A DNA stretch of 64,000 bases from Octopus bimaculoides (Eukaryota), in assembly GCF_001194135.2 (NCBI RefSeq), contig NC_068982.1, forward strand, positions 90,032,476 through 90,096,475, read 5' to 3'. The position numbers and the translations under genes were made by a program. Shown piece after piece: positions 27,393 to 41,200 of this stretch (position 1 is the first letter of the stretch; each line of letters starts with the position of its first letter). The notes beneath the pieces are model-generated. The model saw only the letters and a program-made list of their open reading frames with translations, was not told the origin of the DNA and did no database searches.

Positions 27393-27612
27393 TTCAAATC
27401 TAAACAGAAAGTCGTAAATTTTGAGGGCGGTGAGAATATATTTGAGTTGAGTAGTATTTATTTTATTAACAACAGATATGCGAAAGACAAAAATGAGGCT
27501 AGTGGGATTTAAACCTAACAGGTTTAGGCGCATGCACAAGTGTGTAGTTTACACCGTGCGGGATCTGGTTGAGCAATGCGTTGTGAGTAAAATTTAGTAG
27601 GCATAAAACGGA

Positions 27613-27731
27613 CACATGTTCGTCGTAGATACATGCACTGCTCCATATGCAATCTGATCTACTCCGGGTAAGCTGGCAGCCGGCTGGGTGACAGACTCAC
27701 GGAATACTTTGAGGATGTACTTCTAGGCAAG
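27613..27731 (+). pseudogene. Penelope-like element GIY-YIG endonuclease fragment
   Basis: TCSS then YMHCSICNLIYSG*AGSRLGDRLTEYFEDV matches the PLE pattern YCI.C..C...YIG.TGRRL.DRF.EH..D. One in-frame stop. Confidence 0.7.
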
Positions 27732-29259
27732 GAATCTCTCGACAGTTATGTTCCAGCGACCATTCCACCAAACACTCAGTCTTCGGTTTGGCTTCTAAAA
27801 CCGGACCTCCAACTACTCGCCTCTAGAGGGAACACAAACTCATTTTTCTTTCCACACTTACACGCCTCTCGGCCTGAATTTTCCACTGTAATTACTTTTA
27901 TTCCCGATATGCCCTATCTCTGTACGTCTGTTCCCCTGTTCCCTACTTTCCCCACGATACTCATTTGCATCACAAGCACATCCATCTCAACTAGATACAA
28001 TATCAGACACTCAAGTCCTCAACACACCAACATATTCACCACGTAAACATACGTCTGACTTCCACCAACCCTCCCCCATACCTTCGCACTTCTGAAATAT
28101 ACACATACCACTTTTCTTCTGTCTTCTTGTATTTTTGGTACACACAAAAATGTTAACATGGACGTATCTACACACACCGCCATGCAGACACAACATACCT
28201 ACTCTCCACACATGTATTGAAAAATATTGCAGATCACCGACCATCATGTTTCTTTGATGAATATATACGGGATACAACATACCAAACCTACCTACTATTC
28301 ACACACTAGCATTCTCGTATTTGGTCCCTATTCCCCACTTATACACGCACAGACATACGTATTCATATCGGTTCGGAGATGCACTTAGCCATAGACTTAG
28401 GCTCGAGCACACACGTACACTCAAACATTCTTCCCTACTCCACTACGCCTGCTTTCCTCGACAGCTGTATCTCACAACTTCCTTCTCTTTCCACTTCTCA
28501 CTTATTCCGAACTGCTGCCCACTCTTTAGCTTGCTAAATCACACGCATGTACACATTATTTCGCGTTTTTAATTTCCTTTTCTCTCCGAATTTCTTTTAA
28601 AAGTTTACTCTGTCTACTCAGCCATCTTTTTTGTTTTCACTGAGTAATTCCGAAGAACCCTTTTTTACGCCGCGTGAATCTTCAAGCTCTCAACCTGTTC
28701 TACACAATTACCTCTCTCCCGTATGATTTTCCGTCCTCACTGTTATCAGCTCTCCTCTCTTCAGATATTATCAGTCCCTAACCATCATTTCGACACTCTA
28801 TGAAACCCCTCCCAAATTTTCAGTAGTGTAATTTTAAGTATTTTTTAAACAAATACTTTTACCGTATTCTTTTTTGCTTATTTTCGTTCAAAATCTTTTT
28901 CCGTGCTTGAATGTGTCATTCATATCAACACATCAATCAACGCACTCCACATTCTTCAGGCTGTTTTTTCTGATCACATAACAACCAGATAAAAGGAAGT
29001 AAAGTGGAGTCTCTGACTTCTCAGACCTGAAGAGGTGCTTATTCTGTGTAAACACACAGACACACACGCACGCATGCACATGCATACACACACACAATAC
29101 GCTCACACATACACATAGAGCATTTCTACCTTCACAATTGCGCCTGATCTCACCTGGTGGCATCGACGCTTTGTTATCACACACTTAATTATTACACCCA
29201 GACATTAACACCTCACACACTCCCTGTATATATCTGCTTCCAGACACTGGTAAACTCAC

Positions 29260-29359
29260 CTGACCGTTCTTTATACATCGTCTTTGACGATGTATAGAGA
29301 TCATGTTATACGATGGAACCAATACGGTTGAACAACTTCTTGGTATTGTTGAACGTCTG
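29260..29359 (-). other. candidate spliced exon (100 nt), coding status unclear
   Basis: Acceptor TTGTTTCATATTCAG|CAG (NAGNAG) and consensus donor CAG|GTGAGT. One frame is open throughout. Confidence 0.25.
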
Positions 29360-29821
29360 CTGAATATGAAACAATGTAATAGACCAGCGTGCTTTTCCCC
29401 TTTGTTCTCTTTTCTTTTTTTTTTTTTTTAGAAATTCCATTAAATTTACACTAAAACTGTAAAACAGTGTTGTCAAATAGTTGTTTGAAATTATCTATTT
29501 GGGAATTCCATTAATAACAAGAGTACCAAAAATTCAGTTTTGTTTTTGTTAAAAAACACTAGATTCTGTGGCAACATTCGCTAGTTTTCAGTGAAACGAA
29601 AGCAGCAGTCACTTTCTCGGAGTGAATTAGAAGAGGAATTGTCGATTAGATTCTAGGTCACGCTGAGTTGGTTATTTCCTTGGTCTTGAAATAACCAGAT
29701 AAAAAAAAAAACAAAAAAACAGCGAAGTGCAGATTGTCTATCTTCAGCCCTGAAGTGGTGTTTACGTTGTGTGAACAGATACACACACACACATAATAGT
29801 TATAGATAGAGATATAGGTAG

Positions 29822-29990
29822 ATAAATATTTAAAAAAACAGATAGATGGATGGGTGGAATGGAATGGAATGGGATGAATGGATGGATGGATGGATGGATG
29901 GATGGGTGGATGGATGGATTGATTGATTGATTGATTGATGGATGGATGGATGGATGGATGGATGGATGGATGGATGGATGGATGGATGTG
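29822..29990. repeat. (GGAT)n/(GATT)n/(GGAAT)n microsatellite
   Basis: Directly visible. Confidence 0.97.
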
Positions 29991-30705
29991 TAAGTGTCTG
30001 TTTGACAGAGTCTGTATGAGTAAAACAATGCTGCAATTTGTTTCAAAGAAAACTTAGCGATTCGATAAGTTGAGATTGATTACTGAAAGAATTATTGGAG
30101 TCGATATGTTCGACTTAAAATCTGCAAAAGAGGTACTCAATATAGCAACAGCCAAATGACTACACGTGAGAGAGTAAACGTATGAAAGACTTATTAGATA
30201 TAAGAAGTCTATAATAGTCAGAGGAATTATTAAAATGATGTTAATGATTATATGTTTTTATTGCATTCTTAAACATTTATGCATTAGAACTATTAATACT
30301 AACTTACCGATAGTTTCTCCTACGTTTTGTTGTTTCGGAATTATTGAATATTTAATCAAACCGTGCTTAATTAAGAAATTAATTCCACCATGCTTTTGCT
30401 GCTGCCCACAATTGAGTTATATGATTTGTAATATCAAATTATAGCTGATGCAACAATTAAGATTGAAATAGCTTAGTCACGACGCGACGTACTGCAGGGT
30501 AAAAGATGTGAATGTGCAACAACATTCAACAGATTGACAAACAATACACCGTGTAGGCTATCGTTTTCACTGGATCAGCTTCAAGTTATTATGACTAAGT
30601 TTAAGCCAATGAATGAGGCTTTTAGTCTCTGCTCAGAGCGCAATAAAATTGCTTAGATAAGGAAGAATTCTAAGGTGTGATGTTCATGCTTGTACTTCTC
30701 TAAAG

Positions 30706-31009
30706 GCATTAGCTGTTTAAGACATATAAAACTACTTTCCTCTGAAGCTGTGACTCACGGAAGTAACCAGTTTAAAGGTTTTAAGTTGCCAACCAATCAC
30801 AATTTCAGCAAAGATGTGGTAAATATGATTAAGTTTTCACCATTAGCTATAATCGCAAACAAGAACAATGCAGTGACAAATGAAGACAAAGTAATTGTGT
30901 TTAATGAAATTATTACATATTACACTGGAACGAGCTACTTTATTGGTCCAGTTTCTGAAAAGGACATTAAACCTATTCTATTTGTATCAGAATTTAGTGA
31001 GAATGGTAG
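30706..31009 (+). CDS. candidate internal exon (304 nt, 100 full codons); product unknown
   Basis: Pyrimidine tract TTGTACTTCTCTAAAG, open frame ISCLRHIK...FVSEFSENG, donor TAG|GTGAGT. It conflicts in strand with neighbouring candidates. Confidence 0.25.
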
Positions 31010-31821
31010 GTGAGTGGGACATTCTTCCGTTTTGCACTTTAATATTTGGTAGGAGATGAAAAATAATTTTCATCCATAAAGTATAACTGAGATAGACAAT
31101 AACTAACAGTCCATCACTTCAAAAGCCTGTTAAAAGCATTTCATATGCTCTGTAACGGCGGCTTATATGTAAGAAACAGAATCGAAATGTTCTTCAGTTC
31201 GTACTATACCGTCTTAAAGAGTGACTACCACTTAAGATTATGTTGTCCAAGAGACACAGAGTCTTAATTAAAAATTGATGGTCCCGGTTGTGAAGCACTT
31301 TTTTGTTTGTAGGTCTGCTAGATAAAGGCTGATCTGGATTCAGACAACAAAAGGTACAAGAACACTAAAGAAAAAGAAAATGAAAACCTTTGGACCCTCC
31401 TCTTGTATCTGATGGCTTCTGTGCCCGTATGAAATTGTTACTTTCCTTGAATATAACAAATATCCTGTATTACATGTTTAGTTTCGGTTTTTATGTGTTG
31501 GTAAAATGAGTATCGATTGATTTCTATGAAGTGGAACAAATGATAAAAGTCCTGACAAAATGCATTTTAGTATTGTTCAGGACATTATATTTAGAAGTAA
31601 AACCATCTCGTAGAGGACATTATTGTCTTTGATGTGGCTGTGATCGATAACTATTAGTTGCGATAATTTACTGAGACAATTCAATCGTATACACTCCTTT
31701 AGAAATGTGCGATTAAGAGATCAATAATCATTAATAAAAGTAAAAGTAATAAGACTACAAAAAATATTAAAACATTAAAAAAATCGAGAATACAATGTTT
31801 CAAATATTAAAGTTAACTGAC

Positions 31822-32012
31822 CCGTATAATTTGGTTGAACAATTCATTGATAGCCTTTTCGACTCCTGAACATTCTATCTGGTCAACAATCCCTATGACA
31901 GTCTTCAGGTATGATCCAAGTCCATCCAAAAGAGCTGAAAGACATTCTGGATTGCAGGCTAACTTTTTTAGAGCACCCAACGATCTTTCAGTATCTTCGC
32001 AAGCTGTTTTAT
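31822..32012 (-). CDS. candidate internal exon (191 nt) encoding a Cys-containing amphipathic helical peptide; product unknown
   Basis: Acceptor TTTTATTGTCTTCTTCAG, donor CGG|GTCAGT. Peptide (D)KTACEDTERSLGALKKLACNPECLSALLDGLGSYLKTVIGIVDQIECSGVEKAINELFNQIIR. Confidence 0.38.
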
Positions 32013-33762
32013 CTGAAGAAGACAATAAAATGTAAGATGTTATCGCAGAATTTTAAAATATAATTTGATAAATTTCGAAACTTCTTTTTACCTGTACAAT
32101 AGTTTCGTAATTTGTGTCCGGATTTTGATTTTGTAAACATATGATATAACTATAAACTTCATTTTATGGAAGATCTTTATACAAACACATGAAACTGTAG
32201 ATATGTATATATATATGTTTTTAAGTACCAAGGAATTTACATTCAGTAGTCTTGCGTCGTTAGCCAGTTCTGTCAAAGAATCTTTTTGTATTCCTCCGAC
32301 CTTTATTTCTTACTTCTGCCATTAATTGACGCCATCATTTCTGTAATATATTCTTGTATCTCATGGAGCATTATCATTAATGGATTCTGACATCAGCAAA
32401 CCTCACCAGTTTCGGCGAGTAAGGGATGTAGTCAACCTCAGTATATAACTGATACAAATATTTTTCGTGGATATGAAAGGGAAAGTCGGACCTGGTTGTA
32501 TTTGAACCACAATTTACAAAAATGTCATTAAATACAGTAATTTTACCTTTTTGTGAACAACATTGCACCAGAATAGATTGCTATTAAAATTGGAAGAATG
32601 CCATTTTGCGAAGAAGTGTAAACTGACACAAAAAGACCGTATATGATCTGCGATACATTAAGATTAATGTCTTCACCAGTAAAAGAGGCAACAATAAACA
32701 GTTTAATGTTCTTACCCACTAAATAAGTAATGTTTTATTCAAGCAGTCAAAATTAGAGTACATCATATGAATTTCACTTCATGTTTCAAGAGGAAAATCG
32801 TACAAATACTAGAGGAATGTTAGTTCATCAGACCTTAAACAACTACCGACACCAACGTTTTACTACAAATTATAAACGGGTAAATCTAACCCACTGCTAC
32901 AACAAACAATAAAGTAGAGGATATAACATGTTGGTATATCTGGTACAAAAACTGTAAACAATTATTCATAACATGTTGATATTACAAACTACAAACAACT
33001 ACCAATAACATGTTGATACAGTAAGCAATAAAATGACTGAATCATTTGACGGAATAACAGATGATATATTGTGAGATGACTTTATAGAAATATGAGTGAG
33101 AATTTGGTGCATATTTGTGAAGTCCGTATATAAAGATAATAATTGTATCGCACACGAAACTAGTAGTATTATATATACCACATACAGCACTATTTCAGAT
33201 TAGATAAAATTCGGCGAGCTTTGTAACGGATCATGAAGTTGATCAGAGCTGAAATTATTTATGGATCAGAAGAGATTTGTCTCTGATATGCCCACTTTAC
33301 AATATCAGAAATTGTCAGCATGTATCAGATGATATGTGGCCGTGTCCTGCATATTTCTATTGCCCTATCATGCTAGCAGGATTGACGCAGATAATTTTGA
33401 ACTTGATATTCTGAGCAAGTAAAAGAATTTCAAGGTTGGAGGAAAAGATTGAGCACTGAGTTTATGTGATGTTTGGGGAAGATACACAAGGGAAAAGGCA
33501 TGGATTGGTGAGGAATCAGGAGCGAGAGAGAAAACGCAGTATGTGTGGAGTCCATCACTTTGTAGCGTGTTGTGAATGTCTCTTTGCAAATCGATCGAAT
33601 AACCATCGTTTGGTCGTTGTGACTCCGTGTGTAAGAACACTGTAGCAGATACGTCATCAGTACTAACAATCGTGAAAGTTTTAGTTATGCTATTTAGGTA
33701 TAATGAGTGTGTAATGAAAAACTATTTTTCGTACAAGTAGTTAGGGTCCTATGATGATACTG

Positions 33763-33892
33763 CGAGGGGTTGCTGAAGAGTTCCTGGCTTTAGGGCTATC
33801 TCGAAAGGCCTGATTGAAAGCCTAAACTTACGAGTTCTTTTACAGGGCTTAGAAAAACTGAAGAATCGCTGCAATAAGTGTGTGAATCTTTT
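33763..33892 (-). mobile_element. mariner-type MITE, truncated second copy
   Basis: CGAGGGGTTGCTGAAGAGTTCCTGGCT TIR. The internal sequence is the reverse complement of 14150-14260. Confidence 0.8.
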
Positions 33893-35084
33893 GAGATTGT
33901 GAAATAGGTCTGGTGGTTGGCAGGGTCAAAGAGGCTCTACATCTTGTTAACTAACTGAAAGTACTAGGAACTTCGGACAGCAACGAAAAAATAAAGTGGG
34001 TGCTCTTGATTAGGTACTGATTAAACTCTTTGAATGGAGTAAAAACTGATGGTGAAATAAATGCGGTACGAAAGAGCTGAAGAAAGTTTGGAGAGTCGGT
34101 CTCTCCAAAGATTCTTCAATGCGAGAAGTTAAAGATAGAAATTGCTGCGATCTATCAGAATAATAAACTATTTGTCTTTTTTGATAGTTGTAAGAGAGTT
34201 TTATTAGGTATATGCATTACAGTTTTCTGAGATGATGGCTTAAAAGGGGTTCAGATATTATAGATATTTCATAAGAGCCGAACAACAGCTGCTAGCTGGA
34301 GAAATATGGAGACTAGTATATAGCAAAGAATATTTGACTTGTGTATAATTTATTCTCAGCATGAAAAGCACTAGATCATAAAGATACCAATGTAAGGCGA
34401 GGACAAATACTATTTCCTGTCCATTTTAGTATAATATAAATGCGGAATCTGTTATTATGGAACTAAGTGGTCAGTTCTTTAGTTCTTGAGTGAAGTCGTA
34501 CTAATTTTGATATGTTTGCGTGAAATTATAAAACTGTGGGCTTGAGAAATATTCATGCAAACTATGACAAAAAGAATATTTTACTGTAAATATCATACAG
34601 ATGGACTATAATATTGTTTCTTTCAAGTAAGATTCGAAAATTTAGTTCTTTCTGTTGTCTCAAAACAAGCCATTCTTTATGCTATTTTTCAAAGAAATGT
34701 AGCATTAAGAATCTATCGATGAAATATTATATTGATGTAAAACATTATCGATATACTTTTGACAACATCTGTTGCCAACTTTTTCTTACATAAACATGGT
34801 AACTAGAATTTGTAGGGCAGGGTGGAGATATAGTGTGTGACATTAACGTCTTTATTAAATGTTTAATAATCGACATAGATATGTAAATGAGGTGAAATTA
34901 CTACAGCAAGGAATATTGGTTCAGAACAAGCCATATTGGTTTGCAATTTCGCTTTCCTATAACTAACCTCTCGTAAACTGCCCAAATATGACAGAAGAAG
35001 TCTTAACAGTAAACATTTCTCATTCGCATTAAGTTGGGCTATCTCTAACTTGTTTCCAAAGAAGTACTTCAAATACATACATAG

Positions 35085-35172
35085 AAACATACACATACAT
35101 ACAAACATACACACACAAATAGATACATATATACGTACGTACATACATACATACATACATACATACATACAT

Positions 35173-35207
<35 letters not shown>

Positions 35208-35210
35208 TAA
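35085..35210. repeat. (CATA)n/(CA)n microsatellite. Similar tracts at 35740-35940 (GATA/GA/GACA), 48050-48202, 50575-50655, 54552-54670 (CAT), 58231-58282
   Basis: Directly visible. Confidence 0.97.
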
Positions 35211-35825
35211 GAGATACATTCTCCTTACACCCACTGACAGCATGCATAAGCATTTGAATATTTCTAAGACTTCAGATCTAACAGGAAATATTTCATCAGC
35301 TATTTTAAAATATGCTAAACATCACCAAGCTTCGGTTTAAGAGAGGGTAATGAACTCCCACACTGTCACCATTATCAGATAGCTTTTGATCTTATTTACA
35401 CATTGCTACACTCAATTCAGGATGGCAATCAAAAAGGTCAGAATTATAAAATTTCTAATAACACACGTGATAAATAACGTCCTACGCCAGAAATGGATGA
35501 TTGTCATATCTTTTTTAAAGAACGCACATTTTCTTTAAGGCAGCGCACGTTCATACCACAGGGAACTGTAGTTGCAGTTATTCGTATTTCAAACATTCAG
35601 TTTATCGTTTGATCAAGAGATATTGATTTCATCATTAATTTTTTTTTCTTACTAAGAAATTAATTGTCTATCAGTAAATATGTTTCTTATTGATATGAAA
35701 TAATTATACGTTAAATCCATAGAGATGGGTAAAAAGAAAGATAGACAGACAGATAGAAAGATAGATGCACCAGACAATGAGATAGGTAGTTAGATATATA
35801 GATAAATAGATAGATGGATAGATAG

Positions 35826-35936
<111 letters not shown>

Positions 35937-38900
35937 TAGAGTGAAATAAATATTGTAATTTCTATCTAGTTAGGTCAACGATCTCGTGGTCACATGATGC
36001 ATTCAATCTTCAGAAATCTATGACTTTTCTATTGGTTGAAGGAAGTTTGAGAATAAATACTTAACATTAAAATACTATAATTATATGTTTATACATAAAA
36101 AGCAATGCACCATGGAGCAAATAATATGATTACTTCTGCAGGAGAAAATAGAAGGTTATTGTAAAATAAACTCAAGCAATATAATCTACCATATATTCAG
36201 TTTCGGAATTTAGTAATTGTAGGGTATATTACAAAATTATTGCTATATAACTAAGACGAGTATAAAATTAGTTTCATGTCTGTAGAAATTTAAAACAACG
36301 ATATTATGACTACAACCGGTGCGTCTGTCTTTACTTATCAAACGATTCTCATTCTTAGAATTGATTACCGGCTTCATCATATTTAACTTTACAAACACTA
36401 TCAATAACACAGAAGAATTTCTGTAAGCGATTAGGTTTCCTATCCAGACTTGTATATTGTTCCAATTCCGGATGCTCTTCAAATTTATATTTCCTACATT
36501 TAAACAATTATAATCTGTTTTCATATTCGTTTCTTTCTTCTTCATTGGAAATGTTTGGAAGAATTCTGATTAAAGCTTTACGCTTCATTTAAAATCTCAG
36601 GTTGGCAAACGGATACGAAGAATATCTATCATCTATTATACGTGTATGTCAATAAATATAAGTATTTTTGACAGATGGTTCCTGCTTAATCCAATTTACT
36701 TAAGGAAATTCTATAATATGAACTTTATCATATTATAGGTAAAGTTCCCTTTCTCAACTCTGATACTTCATATATATATATATATATTGCTCTTGCTACA
36801 TATTGATTTCTATATGATCTATAATCAAAATTACATTCTAAACTCTTATTTTACACTTAAATACGAACAAGACTTATTAGAATACCTTCTTCAAAGCTTA
36901 CACATGCTGACTGATTCATAAAACACACACTTGTACATATATTCGCCCAATAATATACACATAAGTATACAATTTCCTTGAATCAGATTTAGTGAGTGGA
37001 TAAGAGAATGGCTAATTGAGTGAATTGTACTGTGTCAACGAAGACGCTTCCGTGCAGGCACTCAGACTGCTAAAAATAACTGCTAAATCTCAAAACTCCT
37101 TGAAATCTTACTGCCTGAACATAGTTTGAGGATAAAACTGAGGATGATGGAAGTTGAGTGCAGAGCTTTGAATGTGGGTGAAGGTGAAGTGGACGGGTAG
37201 GTGAGGTGTATTTGTCTGACAGCAGAAGTTTTCATGGATAGCGAAGTCATTGGCAAGTAAACATGGGAGCAGACACCGAGTAAGGCACTCCAATGCTATA
37301 ACAACCAGCCTGATAGAGATGTAGAGTACTTATATGGTCGAAATATCCATAATGTGTTGTGTCATTGATAAATGGTACTCCGGTGTTAGCAACGAGGGGC
37401 TTTGGTACTTTTTATTTTTTCTTAAAGTGAATTAATGTAACGGATAAAGTATTTCTGAATACAATAAACCATAAAAAGGAGTTGATATGATCATGGCTTA
37501 AACAGAAGTTCAAACATGAAGGTTCATCACAAAGAAATAGTTTAGAAATGACAGGTCTGCGTGTCATGTTCAATTGCTTGGTCGACTAAACCACGTACCT
37601 TATCCCATCTCAATCTGAATAGACCTGGTTCTCAGCATTAGAGAAACAGTATAACTGAGGGACTGCGAGAGAGAGGGGGGAGAAAGAGAGAGAGAGAGAA
37701 AGAGAAAAAGAGAGAGAGAGAAAGAGAAAAAAAGAGAGAGAGAAAGATGGAGAGGGAGAGAAAGAAAGAATGGGTATGTGCGTGTTTGGCAGTTATTCAA
37801 CACCTCGTTCTTATAAAAACTTTCAAGTTCACATTATTTCAGACAAGGATGGTCGTAAGGTAAAAATGTGCGAAAAACTACTTAATTTTCGGGCTATTTT
37901 ATGGTCTATGAGCTGGCGTCAACTTTCAGTTACTATATTTTAGTACTGCATTTTGAAATTAAATTAACCAAATAAATGTATGTCTGGGAGCAGGTGAAAA
38001 TAATTTACAAATTTCATCTAATTGATTTAAAGAGACAGATAACATGGAAAGTTTCTCATAAATAAAATACTTAACGCCTATATCTATTTCTAAATATTAC
38101 CACAAAGTTTAGAATTGTTCACGTAGATAATGATTAGAGATATAGCTAATATTTTCTGCATAAACTAAGGCCTGAAGCACATTAAAACATTAGCACACAC
38201 CCAGGAAGTTTTTCATGACAAGAGTAGACAATTGTGATATTTAAAACTTGTATAAGATCAACATAGAAACTTATAACGATCTCATACTCGAATGAATAAT
38301 AAATTTTCCTAGAAGTCAAACAACACCATAAATAATAGTTTGAAAGCAAACGACCTAATAGAAGCAGCAGGACACAACATCTAAGACAATATTCATGTCT
38401 AGCGATAGCAAAACTACAAAAGAATCAATTTTATACGAAACAAATAAATTCAGAAACTCAGTAAATTACTGTAAATTTGACCCAACCAAAAACACAATAA
38501 GCCGGGGTAGTTTTATATATAAAAAATAATAAATGCCATAACATAAATATTTCAGTTTACAAAAAGTTAACGGAGTAGTTAGGCAGAATTAGTGCATCAT
38601 TGTGTGTAAAAAAAACCATTGGCAATTATTACTAACGTGGTATATGTATAGTATGAACAATCATATTTAATATGTTTGGGACATGGAAATGTAATACGCT
38701 GCAAAATTGTCTTGAGAGAAGAGATTCTTCTTATAGACAATATGGATGTAAACACACCAGTTCTTCTGAGAGACTAAGAACTGGTCTTTCATAAATTAAA
38801 ATAGCAAATTGTGCATTTGCTGATGTGCAAAAGATCTTGACAAGCTATAATAAATTAATTAGACGAGCATTAAGCAGCGTTGAACACAATGTCGTTGTGA

Positions 38901-41111
38901 GCAGGTGTGGTATAAATAGTAAAGTTGCTGCAGTTAATTCCTGCTTCTGCTTGATTTAGCAGATCCATGACCAACGTCACTTCAGTTTTCACCCTCTGTA
39001 TATTTTTTCAGACAAAATGCATTTAGAGTAACATTATCCAAAAGGCAGCAGAGCATAATGTGATGTAACAGCTAAGAAGAACAAACCAAGAGGATCATAT
39101 TACAACCAACATAGAATACCGAAATAAGAAAAATGTATTCAATATTGAAAGAACGCTGGAATGCCAATTATAATGGTTCCTAATTTAGATACAGACTGGT
39201 ATCTTTGAGAGGAAGGTATTAGTTGATTACATCGACCCAGTACATGCTTTATTTCATTAACCCCGAAACCCCGAAAGGATGAACAGCAGCGTTGACTATG
39301 GAGAATTTGTACTCAGAGCGTAAGTGATCAGAAAAATTACAGGCGCCATTTTTTGTAACACTTTAACCATTCTGCCAAGGTTGCAGCTGATTGAGTCCTC
39401 AGGCTGCCAGAATTCTAAGCTAAGCGAATCATGTTCGTATTCATTCATTTCTGCTAAACACAATTAATTCGAAGGACCCAGTTGAACTACTGAGCTACAA
39501 ATGGGTAAATACAATCGGATAGTATATTTTTCGACATATCACTGTACGATATACTGCTGTTATTTAGAGCTAAATCAACCCCTTTTTAAGCAACTCTATC
39601 ATCGAAAGCATTCCATTGCGATCACCCTATTTTGTGATATCCAATGTGTCCATGTGTGCTCAGAACGATGCAGATTTAAGTAGAGTAAGATTTGAATGCT
39701 TTTGTTAGCAGAGCAGACCGTGTGACCATATATAGGCTTTTGGCCCGCAAGATTCACTGTATATGTTTCCTTATTCTGGCAGTTTGGGGCTATATCCCCT
39801 CAAAGGCGAAACATGCAAAATGGTAACATCCTAAGTAGTAATGCAACATGTTTCTAAACTGAAAAATAGGATGGTACTTGAGATAACTTTATCTAGTATG
39901 CTTATATCTTTATTGTGCATGTATGAACACTATTCATTAGGAAAACTCTTCTAAAATTGGAACAATTGGTTAACCTTTACAACAATTTAATTTACATACA
40001 CAGACCCCTTTTATTCTCCATGATATTTCTCTCTTAATCTATGTCTTATTTACACAAGCTATGAGTCGTTGAGTAATTCTTTTATAAACTCTAATTAAAT
40101 CCCATGTTGTATTTCCGATTTCAACTCAAAATACCACCTACTAAACTAAATTTTTATAAAACAACTCTAATTTATACATATAGGTGTGCCTTCAGTTACA
40201 ACATGCTATAAATAAACTCATTTATATAATACAAACGGGACTTGTTTTTAAAACCTAAAAACAAATATTAGTTATACAATGTTCCGACTTTCGGGATAGA
40301 TAAATTATTTCTATCCATAATGCTTAGTTAGAACATACCGAACTGCGTGGAGTAAAATTTATGTGATCATATCAGAAACAACCGGTGGACTATTCGAATC
40401 AACGATCGAGCCTACTTCCAGTCCTTCACTTAACCTGCTAAAATTACCAGCTAAATTGACCCCAAACTACAACAAACAGTCTTTTAAAAAATCATCGACA
40501 ATTACTGAGTAATTCCCTCTTGGATGCATTAGTCTAGACATAAGAATGTTTGATCGCACGGCTTGGTCGAACGATGAAACGTTGGTATCTATAAATCGTG
40601 AAACTAATTCGGGTGCTCGTCAGACTTGTAAGCATTTTTGATAAAATATAATAAATAAGTAAAAGCATGGTATCGTTCCATCAATTTCCAATTACCAATT
40701 ACATTAACCACACGAACCGTTTGCTCATATTTCATTTCTCAAGAAAAGATTTATCTCACTGAGGCAATTTTCAGTTTAAAAATCGATGTACTAGATAACG
40801 CTGTTAAGTAGATATATATAGACAAATTGTCTCATATTTGCAAGAATATGTAAAACTATGTTATCTATGAAATGCCAATGGTCGTTTTGGAACAAAGCAA
40901 TAGTGGCTATGAGAATAGAAGCTAATTTCTTTCAAAAATAAAAATAAAGCATACTGCCTAAATGTTAGCTCTTAGATGGACTGCTTCGTCCTCAGACAGA
41001 GAATGGAAAAGACACTACAACATCGCGCCGTGATGACCGCAATTGAGGAATTACGGGGATTTGGAAAGAACGTTCGCGCTCAGACACGAGAAAGACACAA
41101 TTAGAAAATGT

Positions 41112-41143
41112 TGCTGCTGCTGCTGCTGATGATGATGATGATG

Positions 41144-41195
<52 letters not shown>
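41112..41195. repeat. graded triplet microsatellite (GCT)n(GAT)n(ACT)n
   Basis: Directly visible. Confidence 0.97.
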
Positions 41196-41200
41196 AAATA

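Noticed and set aside
30800-30850. FSKDVVNMIKFSPL resembling the Sema-domain motif FPDDVLNFIKTHPL
   Set aside because: The similarity is confined to 14 residues and the flanks do not follow a Sema pattern, so no gene name was assigned.
32380-32420. Apparent 19-23 nt GT-AG mini-introns (also near 4320, 16510, 62860)
   Set aside because: They are below the plausible spliceosomal size, and the phases or stops are inconsistent.
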